Shown here piece after piece: positions 55,588 to 64,000 of a stretch of 64,000 nt of DNA (position 1 is the first letter of the stretch; each line of letters opens with the position of its first letter). Both the position numbers and the translations under genes were made by a program. Source of the DNA: Patescibacteria group bacterium (lineage in GTDB: Bacteria > Patescibacteriota > Doudnabacteria > UBA920); assembly GCA_013387205.1 (NCBI GenBank), contig WARV01000024.1:11283-75282 (forward strand), read 5' to 3'. The notes under the pieces were generated by a model, which saw nothing but the letters and a program-made list of their open reading frames with translations, searched no databases and was not told where the DNA came from.

Positions 55588-56331
55588 TTACTTCTTTTTG
55601 AGTTTGGGCAGCAACACCACTGCAAGCAGCCCTGCTCCAGCCAGGAATGTTGTTCCTGGTTCGGGCGCTTCCGAGGTGCCGGGGTCATCGCCGGGTATCC
55701 TTGGCTCGCTGAGCGCAGTGCCATACTGGAATTGCACGCCGCTGATGTTGCTGGCGTTAAATCCTTCAGGCAGCCCGCTTAGAGTGAAAATCACGCTGTT
55801 TTTGATTAGCGCGTTATCGCCAGTCACGGGCGAGTTGCCGGTTGTGGCATTATCGCCTTTTGACGTTATGCCATACTGCAGGCCGTCAGGGTTTGTTGGC
55901 CCTTGAAGGTTATTGCCGGGAAACAGGTTCCCGGGACCGAACAATCCAAGGCCGGAGCTGGAAATACCGCACGGTCCCGGCGCAGATGCGCCAAGGCCGC
56001 AGGCAAAGCCCCACTCGCCTCCGACAGATCCGCCCGGATCAGTACCTCCGTATACCACGGAACTGCCCGGCGACAAAACCGCGGAAAGAGGCATGAGCCC
56101 CGAAGGGACACCGGAAAAAAATACCGCAGTCAGTACGTCCGCAGGCACCATCACGTCGTCCATGCTTGTATTGGTGAGTTTTACCACCAAATTCGTGCCC
56201 TGGACTTCAAACACCGCTTCTGCGGCCAAATCGCCGCTGTGGCCGGTGTACATAATCGTGCCGGCAAAAGCCGAAGCCGAAATACCCAACAACAAAGCAA
56301 CTGTAAGCAACACTGCTCTTACAAACTTCAT
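55588..56331 (-). CDS. PEP-CTERM (exosortase-target) surface protein, XDD4-like
   Basis: SD GGAGGA; signal peptide ASAFA; Gly/Ser-rich body; C-terminal APEPGTTFLAGAGLLAVVLLPKLKKK. Confidence 0.85.
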   Translation of the reverse strand: MKFVRAVLLTVALLLGISASAFAGTIMYTGHSGDLAAEAVFEVQGTNLVVKLTNTSMDDVMVPADVLTAVFFSGVPSGLMPLSAVLSPGSSVVYGGTDPGGSVGGEWGFACGLGASAPGPCGISSSGLGLFGPGNLFPGNNLQGPTNPDGLQYGITSKGDNATTGNSPVTGDNALIKNSVIFTLSGLPEGFNASNISGVQFQYGTALSEPRIPGDDPGTSEAPEPGTTFLAGAGLLAVVLLPKLKKK

Positions 56332-56430
56332 TCTTTAACTTCCTCCGCTAGATTGGAATTTGCTTCGAGACAAAAAACTATCCGAAACTAAGCCAGTTTA
56401 CCATAAAATCTAGGTTTTGTCCACCATAAC

Positions 56431-56460
56431 AAAAACGTCCCGATGGAAACGGGACGTTTT
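56431..56460 (-). terminator. Terminator after pnp
   Basis: AAAACGTCCCG-ATGGAAA-CGGGACGTTTT. Confidence 0.85.
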
Positions 56461-56470
56461 ATAATATCTA

Positions 56471-58780
56471 TTATCTATCGAAGTTTCTTCTTGGCGGGCG
56501 GGAACCTCCGTGGCCTCCCCTGCCTCCGCCATGGCCGCCGCGATGGGAACCTCCGCCCATGCGCGGGCCGCGGTATTCATCGTATTCGGCATGAGCACCT
56601 GCCCCAGCTCCTCTGCTTCGCTCGGAACCTAAGCCAGCCGGCGCGGCTTCGGCAAAAGGCTTGTGGGTCAAGTTAATCCTTCCCTGCTCGTCAATCTCGC
56701 TGACCTGGACTTTTAACTTATCGCCAATCTTAACCACGTCTTCCACGCGGTTCACTCTGTAATTGGCCAATTGCGAAATATGCACCAGGCCTTCCTTGCC
56801 TGGCAAAACTTCCACGAACGCGCCAAAGTCCATCAGCCTGGTCACCTTGCCTTCATAAATTTCGCCCGGCTCGACTTCTTTAACAATGTTCTGAATCCAT
56901 TCCACCGCTTTCTTGGCGCTTTCTGCGTCGGTCGATGTCACCATAACCAAACCATCATCTTCAATATCTATTTTAACGCCCGGACAGTTGGCAATAATTT
57001 CGTTAATAGTCTTGCCGCCGCTTCCGATAACTTCGCGGATCTTGTCCGGCTTAATCTTAAAGCTGGTAATGCGCGGGGCATACGGGGAAAGATCGGGACG
57101 CGGCGCAGGTAAAGCTTCTTTCATCTTGGATATAATGTGGATACGCGCCGGCTTGGCTTGGGCCAAAGCTTTAGCCAAAATTTCCGGAGTCAATCCTTTA
57201 ACTTTGATATCCAATTGCAAAGCAGTTACGCCTTCTTCGCTTCCTGTTACTTTAAAGTCCATGTGGCCGTTAAAATCTTCTATTCCGGCAATGTCAGTTA
57301 ACACTTTAAAGTGCTCGGGATTGCTTTCGTCCATAACAAGCCCCATGGCACAGCCGCCGATAATGTGCTTAATAGGCACGCCGGCATCCATAAGTGCAAG
57401 TGTCGACCCGCAAGTAGAAGCCATAGAAGTTGATCCATTGCTGGACATTATTTCAGAAACCAAACGCATGGTATAAGGGAATTCTTCCTGGGCAGGAAGC
57501 GTAACTTCTACAGCGCGTTCGGCTAATGCGCCGTGGCCGATTTCGCGGCGGCCAGGGCCGCGGATTGGAGCGACTTCGCCTACGGAATAACCTGGAAAAT
57601 TGTAATGGTGGATATATCTCTTGGCGCGACCCTCTATCGGATCTTCCATTCCGTCCAAAGTCTGCTCATCGCCCTTGCTGCCCAAAGTGATGGTTGTCAA
57701 AGCCTGGGTCTCGCCTCTTGTAAACAGCGCGCTGCCATGGGTTCTGGGCAAAACGCCGACTTCGCAGGTTATGGGGCGAGTTTCATCTAATTTCCTGCCG
57801 TCCACGCGGCGCTCGTGCTCTAAAATCTGCTTCTGCTGGAATTTTTTCAGAATTTTATCAATGCATTTATCCACTTCTTTTTCAATATTCACACCTTCCA
57901 GTTCTCCGAGTTCAGATGCCACTTTTTCCAAAATTTGTTTGGAAATATTATCGATATTTTCTTCGCGCTGCTCTTTACTCTTTACATAAACAGCCGGCTC
58001 AATAACACCGGAAGTCAGCAAGCTGCTGACTTTGGCAAAAACCTGTTCGTTGGGTTTTATAATGACCGGTTCAACTTTTGCCGTGCCTATTTCTTTGCTG
58101 AAATCTTCCTGGCATTTGACCAGCGCGCCCAAAAACGGCTGCGCGAATTTTATAGCTTCCACAATTTCTTCTTCGCTGACCAAATTGGCGCCGGCTTCCA
58201 CCATTATAATATGCTCGCCGGTTCCGCAGACAATCAAATCCATGCTGCTTTTTTCCTGCTGCTCGTGAGTCGGGTTTATTACGTATTGGCCGTCAATTTT
58301 TCCCACGCGGCATCCGGCAACCGGGCCGTCGTAAGGGATTTTGCTTATGGCCAAAGCCATGCTGGCAGCATTGACCGCCACAATATCAGGTTCGTTTTCA
58401 CCGTCAACGGATAAAACCGTGGCAATTACTTGCACGTCATTTCTCATTCCTTCGGGGAACATGGGCCTAAGGGTCCTATCTATAACCCTACCTTTTAAAA
58501 TGGCTCCATCAGTGGCACGGCCTTCCCTTTTGACCCAGCGGCTGCCCTTTATTTTGCCGGCAGCGTATAATCTTTCCTCGTAATCTACTAAGAGCGGAAA
58601 AAAGTCCACGCCTTCGCGCGGGGTTTTTCCCATTACCACAGTGGCTAACACCACGGTATCGCCCAAGCGGGCAACCACCGCGGCATCGGCCTGTTTGGCA
58701 ATTTTTCCTGTTTCAAATACAAAATCCTTCTCGCCAACCTTGCACGAGACTTTCTTGGACACTATTTGGTTATTCTCCAT
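56471..58780 (-). CDS. pnp: Polyribonucleotide nucleotidyltransferase (start corrected)
   Basis: FFPLLVDYEE, RREIGHGALAE, SNGSTSMAS, KH and S1 domains, RGG tail. Confidence 0.97.
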   Translation of the reverse strand: MENNQIVSKKVSCKVGEKDFVFETGKIAKQADAAVVARLGDTVVLATVVMGKTPREGVDFFPLLVDYEERLYAAGKIKGSRWVKREGRATDGAILKGRVIDRTLRPMFPEGMRNDVQVIATVLSVDGENEPDIVAVNAASMALAISKIPYDGPVAGCRVGKIDGQYVINPTHEQQEKSSMDLIVCGTGEHIIMVEAGANLVSEEEIVEAIKFAQPFLGALVKCQEDFSKEIGTAKVEPVIIKPNEQVFAKVSSLLTSGVIEPAVYVKSKEQREENIDNISKQILEKVASELGELEGVNIEKEVDKCIDKILKKFQQKQILEHERRVDGRKLDETRPITCEVGVLPRTHGSALFTRGETQALTTITLGSKGDEQTLDGMEDPIEGRAKRYIHHYNFPGYSVGEVAPIRGPGRREIGHGALAERAVEVTLPAQEEFPYTMRLVSEIMSSNGSTSMASTCGSTLALMDAGVPIKHIIGGCAMGLVMDESNPEHFKVLTDIAGIEDFNGHMDFKVTGSEEGVTALQLDIKVKGLTPEILAKALAQAKPARIHIISKMKEALPAPRPDLSPYAPRITSFKIKPDKIREVIGSGGKTINEIIANCPGVKIDIEDDGLVMVTSTDAESAKKAVEWIQNIVKEVEPGEIYEGKVTRLMDFGAFVEVLPGKEGLVHISQLANYRVNRVEDVVKIGDKLKVQVSEIDEQGRINLTHKPFAEAAPAGLGSERSRGAGAGAHAEYDEYRGPRMGGGSHRGGHGGGRGGHGGSRPPRRNFDR

Positions 58781-58898
58781 AATTATCCTTTGCCCTTGTT
58801 TTAAACAAGGGCACATGAAATGATTTGCGCGTTGACGATGACTTGGTTTAAGTCCTCGCTGTACCCGCAAACCATTTCTTAATTATTTTTAAAAATTT

Positions 58899-59303
58899 TC
58901 AACTTATTGTGACGGCTGGATTAGCCAAGACTTCCTTTATCTTTTCCAAAATTTCGTTCGGGGTAAAGTATGCTTTCACCAAAAAAGCCTGGGCGTTTAA
59001 CACTTTGGCTTTTAAGATATCCTCATTGCTCCACAGGTTGCTTAAGACAATCACCGGGGTTTTAGCAATAGATTGGTCTTTGTTGCCCCTTAAAATATCC
59101 AAAATTTGGAAACCGGAAAGTTCCGGCAGCATCAAATCCAGCATGACCAGGTCTGGTTTTTCTTTTAAGATTAAATCCAAGCCCTTTTTCCCGTCCTCCC
59201 CTGCCTTTATGTCAAAACCAGCCGTGCTTAACTTGTGGGATATTATTTCCCTCATAGCCATGTCGTCTTCCACCATGACAATTTTGTATTTTTTATCAGC
59301 CAT
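58899..59303 (-). CDS. Single-domain response regulator
   Basis: MVEDD, PDLVMLDLMLP, IVLSN, FLVK. Confidence 0.9.
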   Translation of the reverse strand: MADKKYKIVMVEDDMAMREIISHKLSTAGFDIKAGEDGKKGLDLILKEKPDLVMLDLMLPELSGFQILDILRGNKDQSIAKTPVIVLSNLWSNEDILKAKVLNAQAFLVKAYFTPNEILEKIKEVLANPAVTIS

Positions 59304-59433
59304 AAATTTTTGATTTCAATTTATAGGTATATTATATCAAAACTAACGGATTTTTGCAAAATAAACCAAGGCTTATCAAAACCAGACAACCTTATTTTTT
59401 TCATTTGGAAAAAGCTTGGCTGGCTCAGTTTTA

Positions 59434-59895
59434 TTAGGAAGAAAAAACTTCTTTTCTTTGATTTATTTTAAAAAAATCAGATATTGGGATTTCTTGATCC
59501 TGTACTAAATTTATCTCCAAAGCCTCTTTAGGTGGAAACCAAGAATATTCTGAATGTTCAGCAATGTTCAATGCGACTTCCGGTTTACTATCTATTTCTA
59601 TAGCAAAAATATAAAACATAAAATCCGTATCGCCATGCCTCACATAATAGCATCTTTCGTACTTAGTTATTTTATCCATAGTGACGTTTATGCCTGTCTC
59701 TTCAAAAGTTTCCCTGCAAATAGCATCTTCCAAACTTTCCCCGTTGCCTACTTTTCCTGCCGGAGGCCCCCATTTCTTTTCTTGAGGCTTGCCTGCCTGT
59801 CTTTTAAGCATCAATATCTTTCCATCATTTATTATAAACAACGACACCACATCAAACTTTTTACTAAAACCTTTTATGGGATTAATAGATATCAT
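59434..59895 (-). CDS. NUDIX hydrolase
   Basis: GKVGNGESLEDAICRETFEETGI. Confidence 0.9.
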   Translation of the reverse strand: MISINPIKGFSKKFDVVSLFIINDGKILMLKRQAGKPQEKKWGPPAGKVGNGESLEDAICRETFEETGINVTMDKITKYERCYYVRHGDTDFMFYIFAIEIDSKPEVALNIAEHSEYSWFPPKEALEINLVQDQEIPISDFFKINQRKEVFSS

Positions 59896-60056
59896 ATAAA
59901 TGAAATAAATTATGCTTATGTTATACCAAAACTGGAGTTTTTATGCAAAATATGCTATAATTTCTAATAGTTTGAAGGCTTATAATGATACAAATAACAA
60001 ATAATCCTCCATCCATAAAAACGTAAAGGCAGCAAAACATCATTAATGAAATCTTA

Positions 60057-61148
60057 ATGTTCTCTGAATTTAAAGAATTTGATAACCATGAGTTGCTCAT
60101 ACATTTCAACGACAAAGATACAGGATTAAAAGGCTTTATTGCCATACATAATACGACTTTAGGGACTGCTACTGGGGGAACCCGCTACCGCATTTACCAG
60201 ACAGAAGAAGATGCTTTAAAAGACGTGTTAAGGCTTTCTCAAGCCATGACATACAAGTGTGCTTTGGCAGACGTTCCTTTTGGTGGCGGAAAAGCGGTGA
60301 TAATGGCCGACCCGAGGCAAACCAAAAACGAAGAAATCCTTTTTGCTTATGCACGCAAAATCAATTTTTTAAAAGGGAGTTTTACAACCGGCGAAGATGC
60401 CGGGTTAAATGACGAAGATGTAAAAGTATTAAGCAAGGTATCGCCTTACATAAACGGAGCCTCTTGCGGGCAGGAAGGACTGTCTTTTTGGGCAGCCAAA
60501 GGAGTTTATGAGGCAATGAGGGCAGGATTAAAATTTAAATGGCATGCGGATAGTTTTGCAAATAAAACCATAGCCATAAAAGGCTTGGGCAAACTTGGTT
60601 TTGCCCTTTGCGGTTTGCTTGTAGAAAGTGGCGCTAACGTTATCGCTGCTGACATAGACCTGGAAACTGCAGCCCGCGCATTAAAAAAATATCCGAACAT
60701 TAAAATAACTGACGCACAGACTATTCACAAACAAGAAGTAGACATCTTTAGCCCTTGCGCTTTAGGGAACGATATAACGCCAAAAACTATCGAAGAACTT
60801 AAATGCGGTATGGTGTGCGGAGGAGCTAACAACCAGCTGGCTGACAAAGAATGCGGACAACGTCTGCACGAGCGAGGTATCCTATACATACCGGATTATG
60901 TAGCTAATGCCGGAGGACTCATTAGGGCAGTAGCAGACATGACAGTTAAGGGCGGCGATGTCCACAACTGGGTTGAAGCAAAAGTAAAAAATATATACGT
61001 AACCTCAACTGTGATAATTTATGAATCAATCAAAAATAATTTATCAACAAGCGATGTTGCAAATCGCCTGGCTCTAGAAAAATTAGCTGCCGGAGCCAAA
61101 ATAAAAGAAAAAGAAAAATATGAGCTCAAACTTTCCAAAGCAATTTAA
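60057..61148 (+). CDS. Leu/Phe/Val dehydrogenase family protein
   Basis: IAIHNTTLG..GGTR, LSQAMTYKCA, GGGKAVI, TGED, GLGKLG, GGANNQL, PDYVANAGG. Confidence 0.93.
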   Translation: MFSEFKEFDNHELLIHFNDKDTGLKGFIAIHNTTLGTATGGTRYRIYQTEEDALKDVLRLSQAMTYKCALADVPFGGGKAVIMADPRQTKNEEILFAYARKINFLKGSFTTGEDAGLNDEDVKVLSKVSPYINGASCGQEGLSFWAAKGVYEAMRAGLKFKWHADSFANKTIAIKGLGKLGFALCGLLVESGANVIAADIDLETAARALKKYPNIKITDAQTIHKQEVDIFSPCALGNDITPKTIEELKCGMVCGGANNQLADKECGQRLHERGILYIPDYVANAGGLIRAVADMTVKGGDVHNWVEAKVKNIYVTSTVIIYESIKNNLSTSDVANRLALEKLAAGAKIKEKEKYELKLSKAI

Positions 61149-62643
61149 TTGCCAAGAAGCTGACTTAGTAATTAGGCAAATCCAAAAATTCAACGGATTT
61201 TTTTGGGATCGCGTACGAAAAAAAAGGATGCTGCAGCTGTTTCATCAGGCGGCCCATAATGTACCTGCCTACAAGGATTTTTTGAAAAAAAATAAAATTT
61301 CTCCAGATAAAATTAAAACCCTCGCCGATTTTCGGCTAGTACCGCCGGTCACTAAAAAAAATTATTTAACCCAATACCCTCTTGAACTGCTAACTTGGAA
61401 AGGGTCAGATAAACAGACTACTATTTTTACCTCTACCTCTGGTTCTACAGGCCAGCCCTTCTACTTTCCCAGACAATACCAGCTGGACTGGCAATCATCT
61501 ATCACTCACGAATTATTTTTAACCAGCGGAACCCACGACTTAAAAAAACCTATTCTGATTATAGACAGCTTCGGGATGGGGGTTTGGATAGGAGGACTGA
61601 TAACTTATAAAGCTTTTGAGTTAGTGGGACAAAGAAAAGAAATTCCGCTTTCAATTATCACCCCTGGCATCAACAAAATAGAAATTTTTAAAACAATTAA
61701 AAATCTTACGCCGTATTTCAAGCAAATAATTTTGGCAGGGTATCCCCCGTTCATTAAAGATGTAATAGACGAAGCAATAGCGCAAGGTATTAATCTCAAA
61801 CAGCTTAAAATCCGCACATTATTTGCAGCGGAGCCGTTTAGCGAAACATTCAGGGAACACCTCGCTAAGCAGGCAGGCATAAAAAATATTTTTTTAGATA
61901 CAGCAAACATTTATGGTTCCGCGGACTTGGGAACCATGGCTTCCGAAACCCCAACTTCCATTTTAATACGGCGAATTGCCCACCAGCACCACGATATTTT
62001 CAAACAATTATTTTCCAATATAAACAAAACTCCTACACTTGCGCAGTACAACCCATTTTTCATAAATTTTGAGTCAGAAAACGAAGAAATTTTTATTACG
62101 GGCAATAACACCCTCCCCCTAATACGGTACGGCATAGGAGACCACGGCGGAGCCTTAACCTTTAATGAAGTAGAAAGCCTACTGGCAAAAAACAGTGTGA
62201 ATTTAATTTCAGAGGCCAAGAAAAACCATTTATTACACCACGTATATAAATTGCCGTTTGTGTATGTTTACGAAAGAAAAGATTTTTCCACCACGCTGTA
62301 TGGCCTGCAGGTTTATCCGGAATATATCCGCGAACCTCTGCTGCAGGCCCCTTTAAACAAAAATTTAACCGGCAAGTTTTTGATGGAAACAAAATTCGAC
62401 AAAAAACATAACCAATATCTGGAAATAAACCTAGAACTGCAGAAAACCAGACAAGCCACCGAACGCTTACTCAAAACTGCCACGCAAAAAATTATGCACG
62501 GTCTGACATCCAAGAGTTCAGAATACAAGGAACTTTACCATCATTTAAAAAAGCGAGCTATACCAAAACTGGTATTTTGGCCTGCTGAACATCCTTTATA
62601 TTTTAAGAAAGGAGTTAAACAAAAATGGGTACAAAACCATTAA
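61120..62643 (+). CDS. Phenylacetate--CoA ligase (PaaK-like ANL) family protein
   Basis: VPAYKDFL, TSTSGSTGQP, YGSADLG, PLIRYGIGD. Confidence 0.88.
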   Translation: MSSNFPKQFNCQEADLVIRQIQKFNGFFWDRVRKKRMLQLFHQAAHNVPAYKDFLKKNKISPDKIKTLADFRLVPPVTKKNYLTQYPLELLTWKGSDKQTTIFTSTSGSTGQPFYFPRQYQLDWQSSITHELFLTSGTHDLKKPILIIDSFGMGVWIGGLITYKAFELVGQRKEIPLSIITPGINKIEIFKTIKNLTPYFKQIILAGYPPFIKDVIDEAIAQGINLKQLKIRTLFAAEPFSETFREHLAKQAGIKNIFLDTANIYGSADLGTMASETPTSILIRRIAHQHHDIFKQLFSNINKTPTLAQYNPFFINFESENEEIFITGNNTLPLIRYGIGDHGGALTFNEVESLLAKNSVNLISEAKKNHLLHHVYKLPFVYVYERKDFSTTLYGLQVYPEYIREPLLQAPLNKNLTGKFLMETKFDKKHNQYLEINLELQKTRQATERLLKTATQKIMHGLTSKSSEYKELYHHLKKRAIPKLVFWPAEHPLYFKKGVKQKWVQNH

Positions 62644-63770
62644 TCTTCAACGCGAAAGAAATCTCAGTTGAAAATATAAAAAAACAGGTTAATCCTGCCA
62701 AAGTTCTGGATTCATTTTCTGAACAGTTACATGAATTGTTTTTAATCCGCAATCCCCGCTTCCGCTTTAATAAAGATTTCGCCCAGGAACTCGAAACTTT
62801 TATTAACGATTTTAGGCAAGAAAAAACACTGGAAGAAACAGGTTATTGGGTATTTTTTCCTTGGAACGAAACTCTAGTTCATTATTTACCGGAAGTTGAA
62901 CACCTGGAACTAAGAACAGCTAGAAATAAAAACCTGATTTCCGGCCAAGAGCAGGAAAAATATTATAACGCGACAGTTGGAGTTGCAGGCTTGAGCGTAG
63001 GCAGCCACGCAGCCCTGACTTTGGCCATGACTGGCGGGGCCAAGAACATCAAACTGGCTGACCCGGACACTATTTCCGTTTCCAATTTAAACCGCCTCCG
63101 CTATGGGGCCATGCAAGTCGGTCTTAACAAAACAGAAGCTGCCGCTCATTTCATATACGAAATTAATCCCTATTCCAATATTTTTCTTTATCCCGAAGGG
63201 ATAAATCAAGACAACATTGAAGAATTTGTAAAAGGGTCGGTATCTGTTCCTAAACTTGATATTCTTTTGGAAGGCGTGGATAATTTAGAGATGAAAATTC
63301 TGCTCAGAGAGTATGCCAAAAAAGCCGGCATTCCCGTGGTTATGGCTACGGATAACGGCGACGGAATTATTGTCGATGTGGAGAGATACGACTTGGAGCC
63401 CGACTTGTTATTATTTAACGGCGCGCTGGGAAATTTCAGTATTGAGGATTTCCGGAATTTCCCTCCGCAGCAGCTGCCCCAGCTTGCCACTAAAGTCGCA
63501 GGGCCTGATTATGTGGTACCAAAAATGCTTGCCTCGGTATTTGAAGTAGGAAAAAGTTTATATTCTTGGCCACAGTTAGGCACAGCGGCGACTTTTACAG
63601 GAGTAGCTACTGCATACCTGACAAGAAACATTATTAACAACAAGAATATCAAAAGCGGTAAATACGACATAAATTTAGACTCTATCTTTGAAAGCGATTA
63701 CACAAACCTGTCTATTGCCCAAAACCGCCAGGAAGAAAGAAAATCTTTGCTAAAAAATTTAGGTTTATAA
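62625..63770 (+). CDS. ThiF family adenylyltransferase (Rv1355c/OxzB N-terminal-like)
   Basis: WVFFPW, RTARNKNLISGQEQ, VAGLSVG, ADPDTISVSNLNR, DVERYDLEP, SWPQL. Confidence 0.88.
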   Translation: MGTKPLIFNAKEISVENIKKQVNPAKVLDSFSEQLHELFLIRNPRFRFNKDFAQELETFINDFRQEKTLEETGYWVFFPWNETLVHYLPEVEHLELRTARNKNLISGQEQEKYYNATVGVAGLSVGSHAALTLAMTGGAKNIKLADPDTISVSNLNRLRYGAMQVGLNKTEAAAHFIYEINPYSNIFLYPEGINQDNIEEFVKGSVSVPKLDILLEGVDNLEMKILLREYAKKAGIPVVMATDNGDGIIVDVERYDLEPDLLLFNGALGNFSIEDFRNFPPQQLPQLATKVAGPDYVVPKMLASVFEVGKSLYSWPQLGTAATFTGVATAYLTRNIINNKNIKSGKYDINLDSIFESDYTNLSIAQNRQEERKSLLKNLGL

Positions 63771-63774
63771 AATT

Positions 63775-64000
63775 ATGGATCCCATCCCCCGAGACCACAT
63801 TTACAAAATTTTGGAAGCTGGAGGGCAAGCACCTTCGGGAAGCAATTCACAACCTTGGAAATTTAAGGTAAACGGCAACACCATAGAAATTATTGCCTTA
63901 CCGGAAAAAGACCATCCTATTTTGAATTTCAGGTATCGTGGCACTTGGATTGCGCACGGTGCACTAATAGAAAACCTACTAATAGCCGCATCTGCATTGG
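63775..64000 (+). CDS. Nitroreductase-fold protein, N-terminal part (truncated by the window edge)
   Basis: MDPIPRDHIYKILEAGGQAPSGSNSQPWKF...AHGALIENLLIAASAL; APSxxNxQPW motif. Confidence 0.85.
   Translation, partial: MDPIPRDHIYKILEAGGQAPSGSNSQPWKFKVNGNTIEIIALPEKDHPILNFRYRGTWIAHGALIENLLIAASAL

Overview
This 64-kb window looks like core chromosome from a CPR/Patescibacteria-type bacterium. The taxonomy is an inference from the gene set and reduced metabolism. Most genes lie on the minus strand: the str operon (rpsL-rpsG-fusA, with tuf detached behind its own promoter), the S10-spc ribosomal protein block from rpsJ to rplR (which stops before rpsE), HTH-murA, leuS, metG, glyQS, tgt, pnp, glyA and parB. 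There are also three tRNAs (Ala-CGC, Pro-GGG, Leu-CAA). The most striking signal is non-coding. About a dozen families of 15-160 bp palindromic or periodic repeats fill 13 of the 17 S10-spc intergenic junctions, often end exactly at a start codon, nest inside one another, and are translated in frame inside LeuS, PepP, TatD, Tgt and Nfo. Candidate mobilising genes sit in the same window: three GIY-YIG nucleases, one DUF559 nuclease and one four-helix-bundle protein, several bracketed by these repeats. Other highlights are a tRNA-Pro plus GIY-YIG cassette lying between two complementary halves of a second tRNA-Pro, a LeuS with an inserted alpha/beta hydrolase, and terminator/antiterminator leaders before rplC and rpsL. 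There are also unannotated Zn-ribbon microproteins, an Hfq/Sm-like orphan and a PEP-CTERM protein. At the right edge is an amino-acid dehydrogenase / CoA ligase / ThiF / nitroreductase operon resembling a split oxazolone-synthetase pathway. All calls come from reading the sequence by eye; no searches were run.
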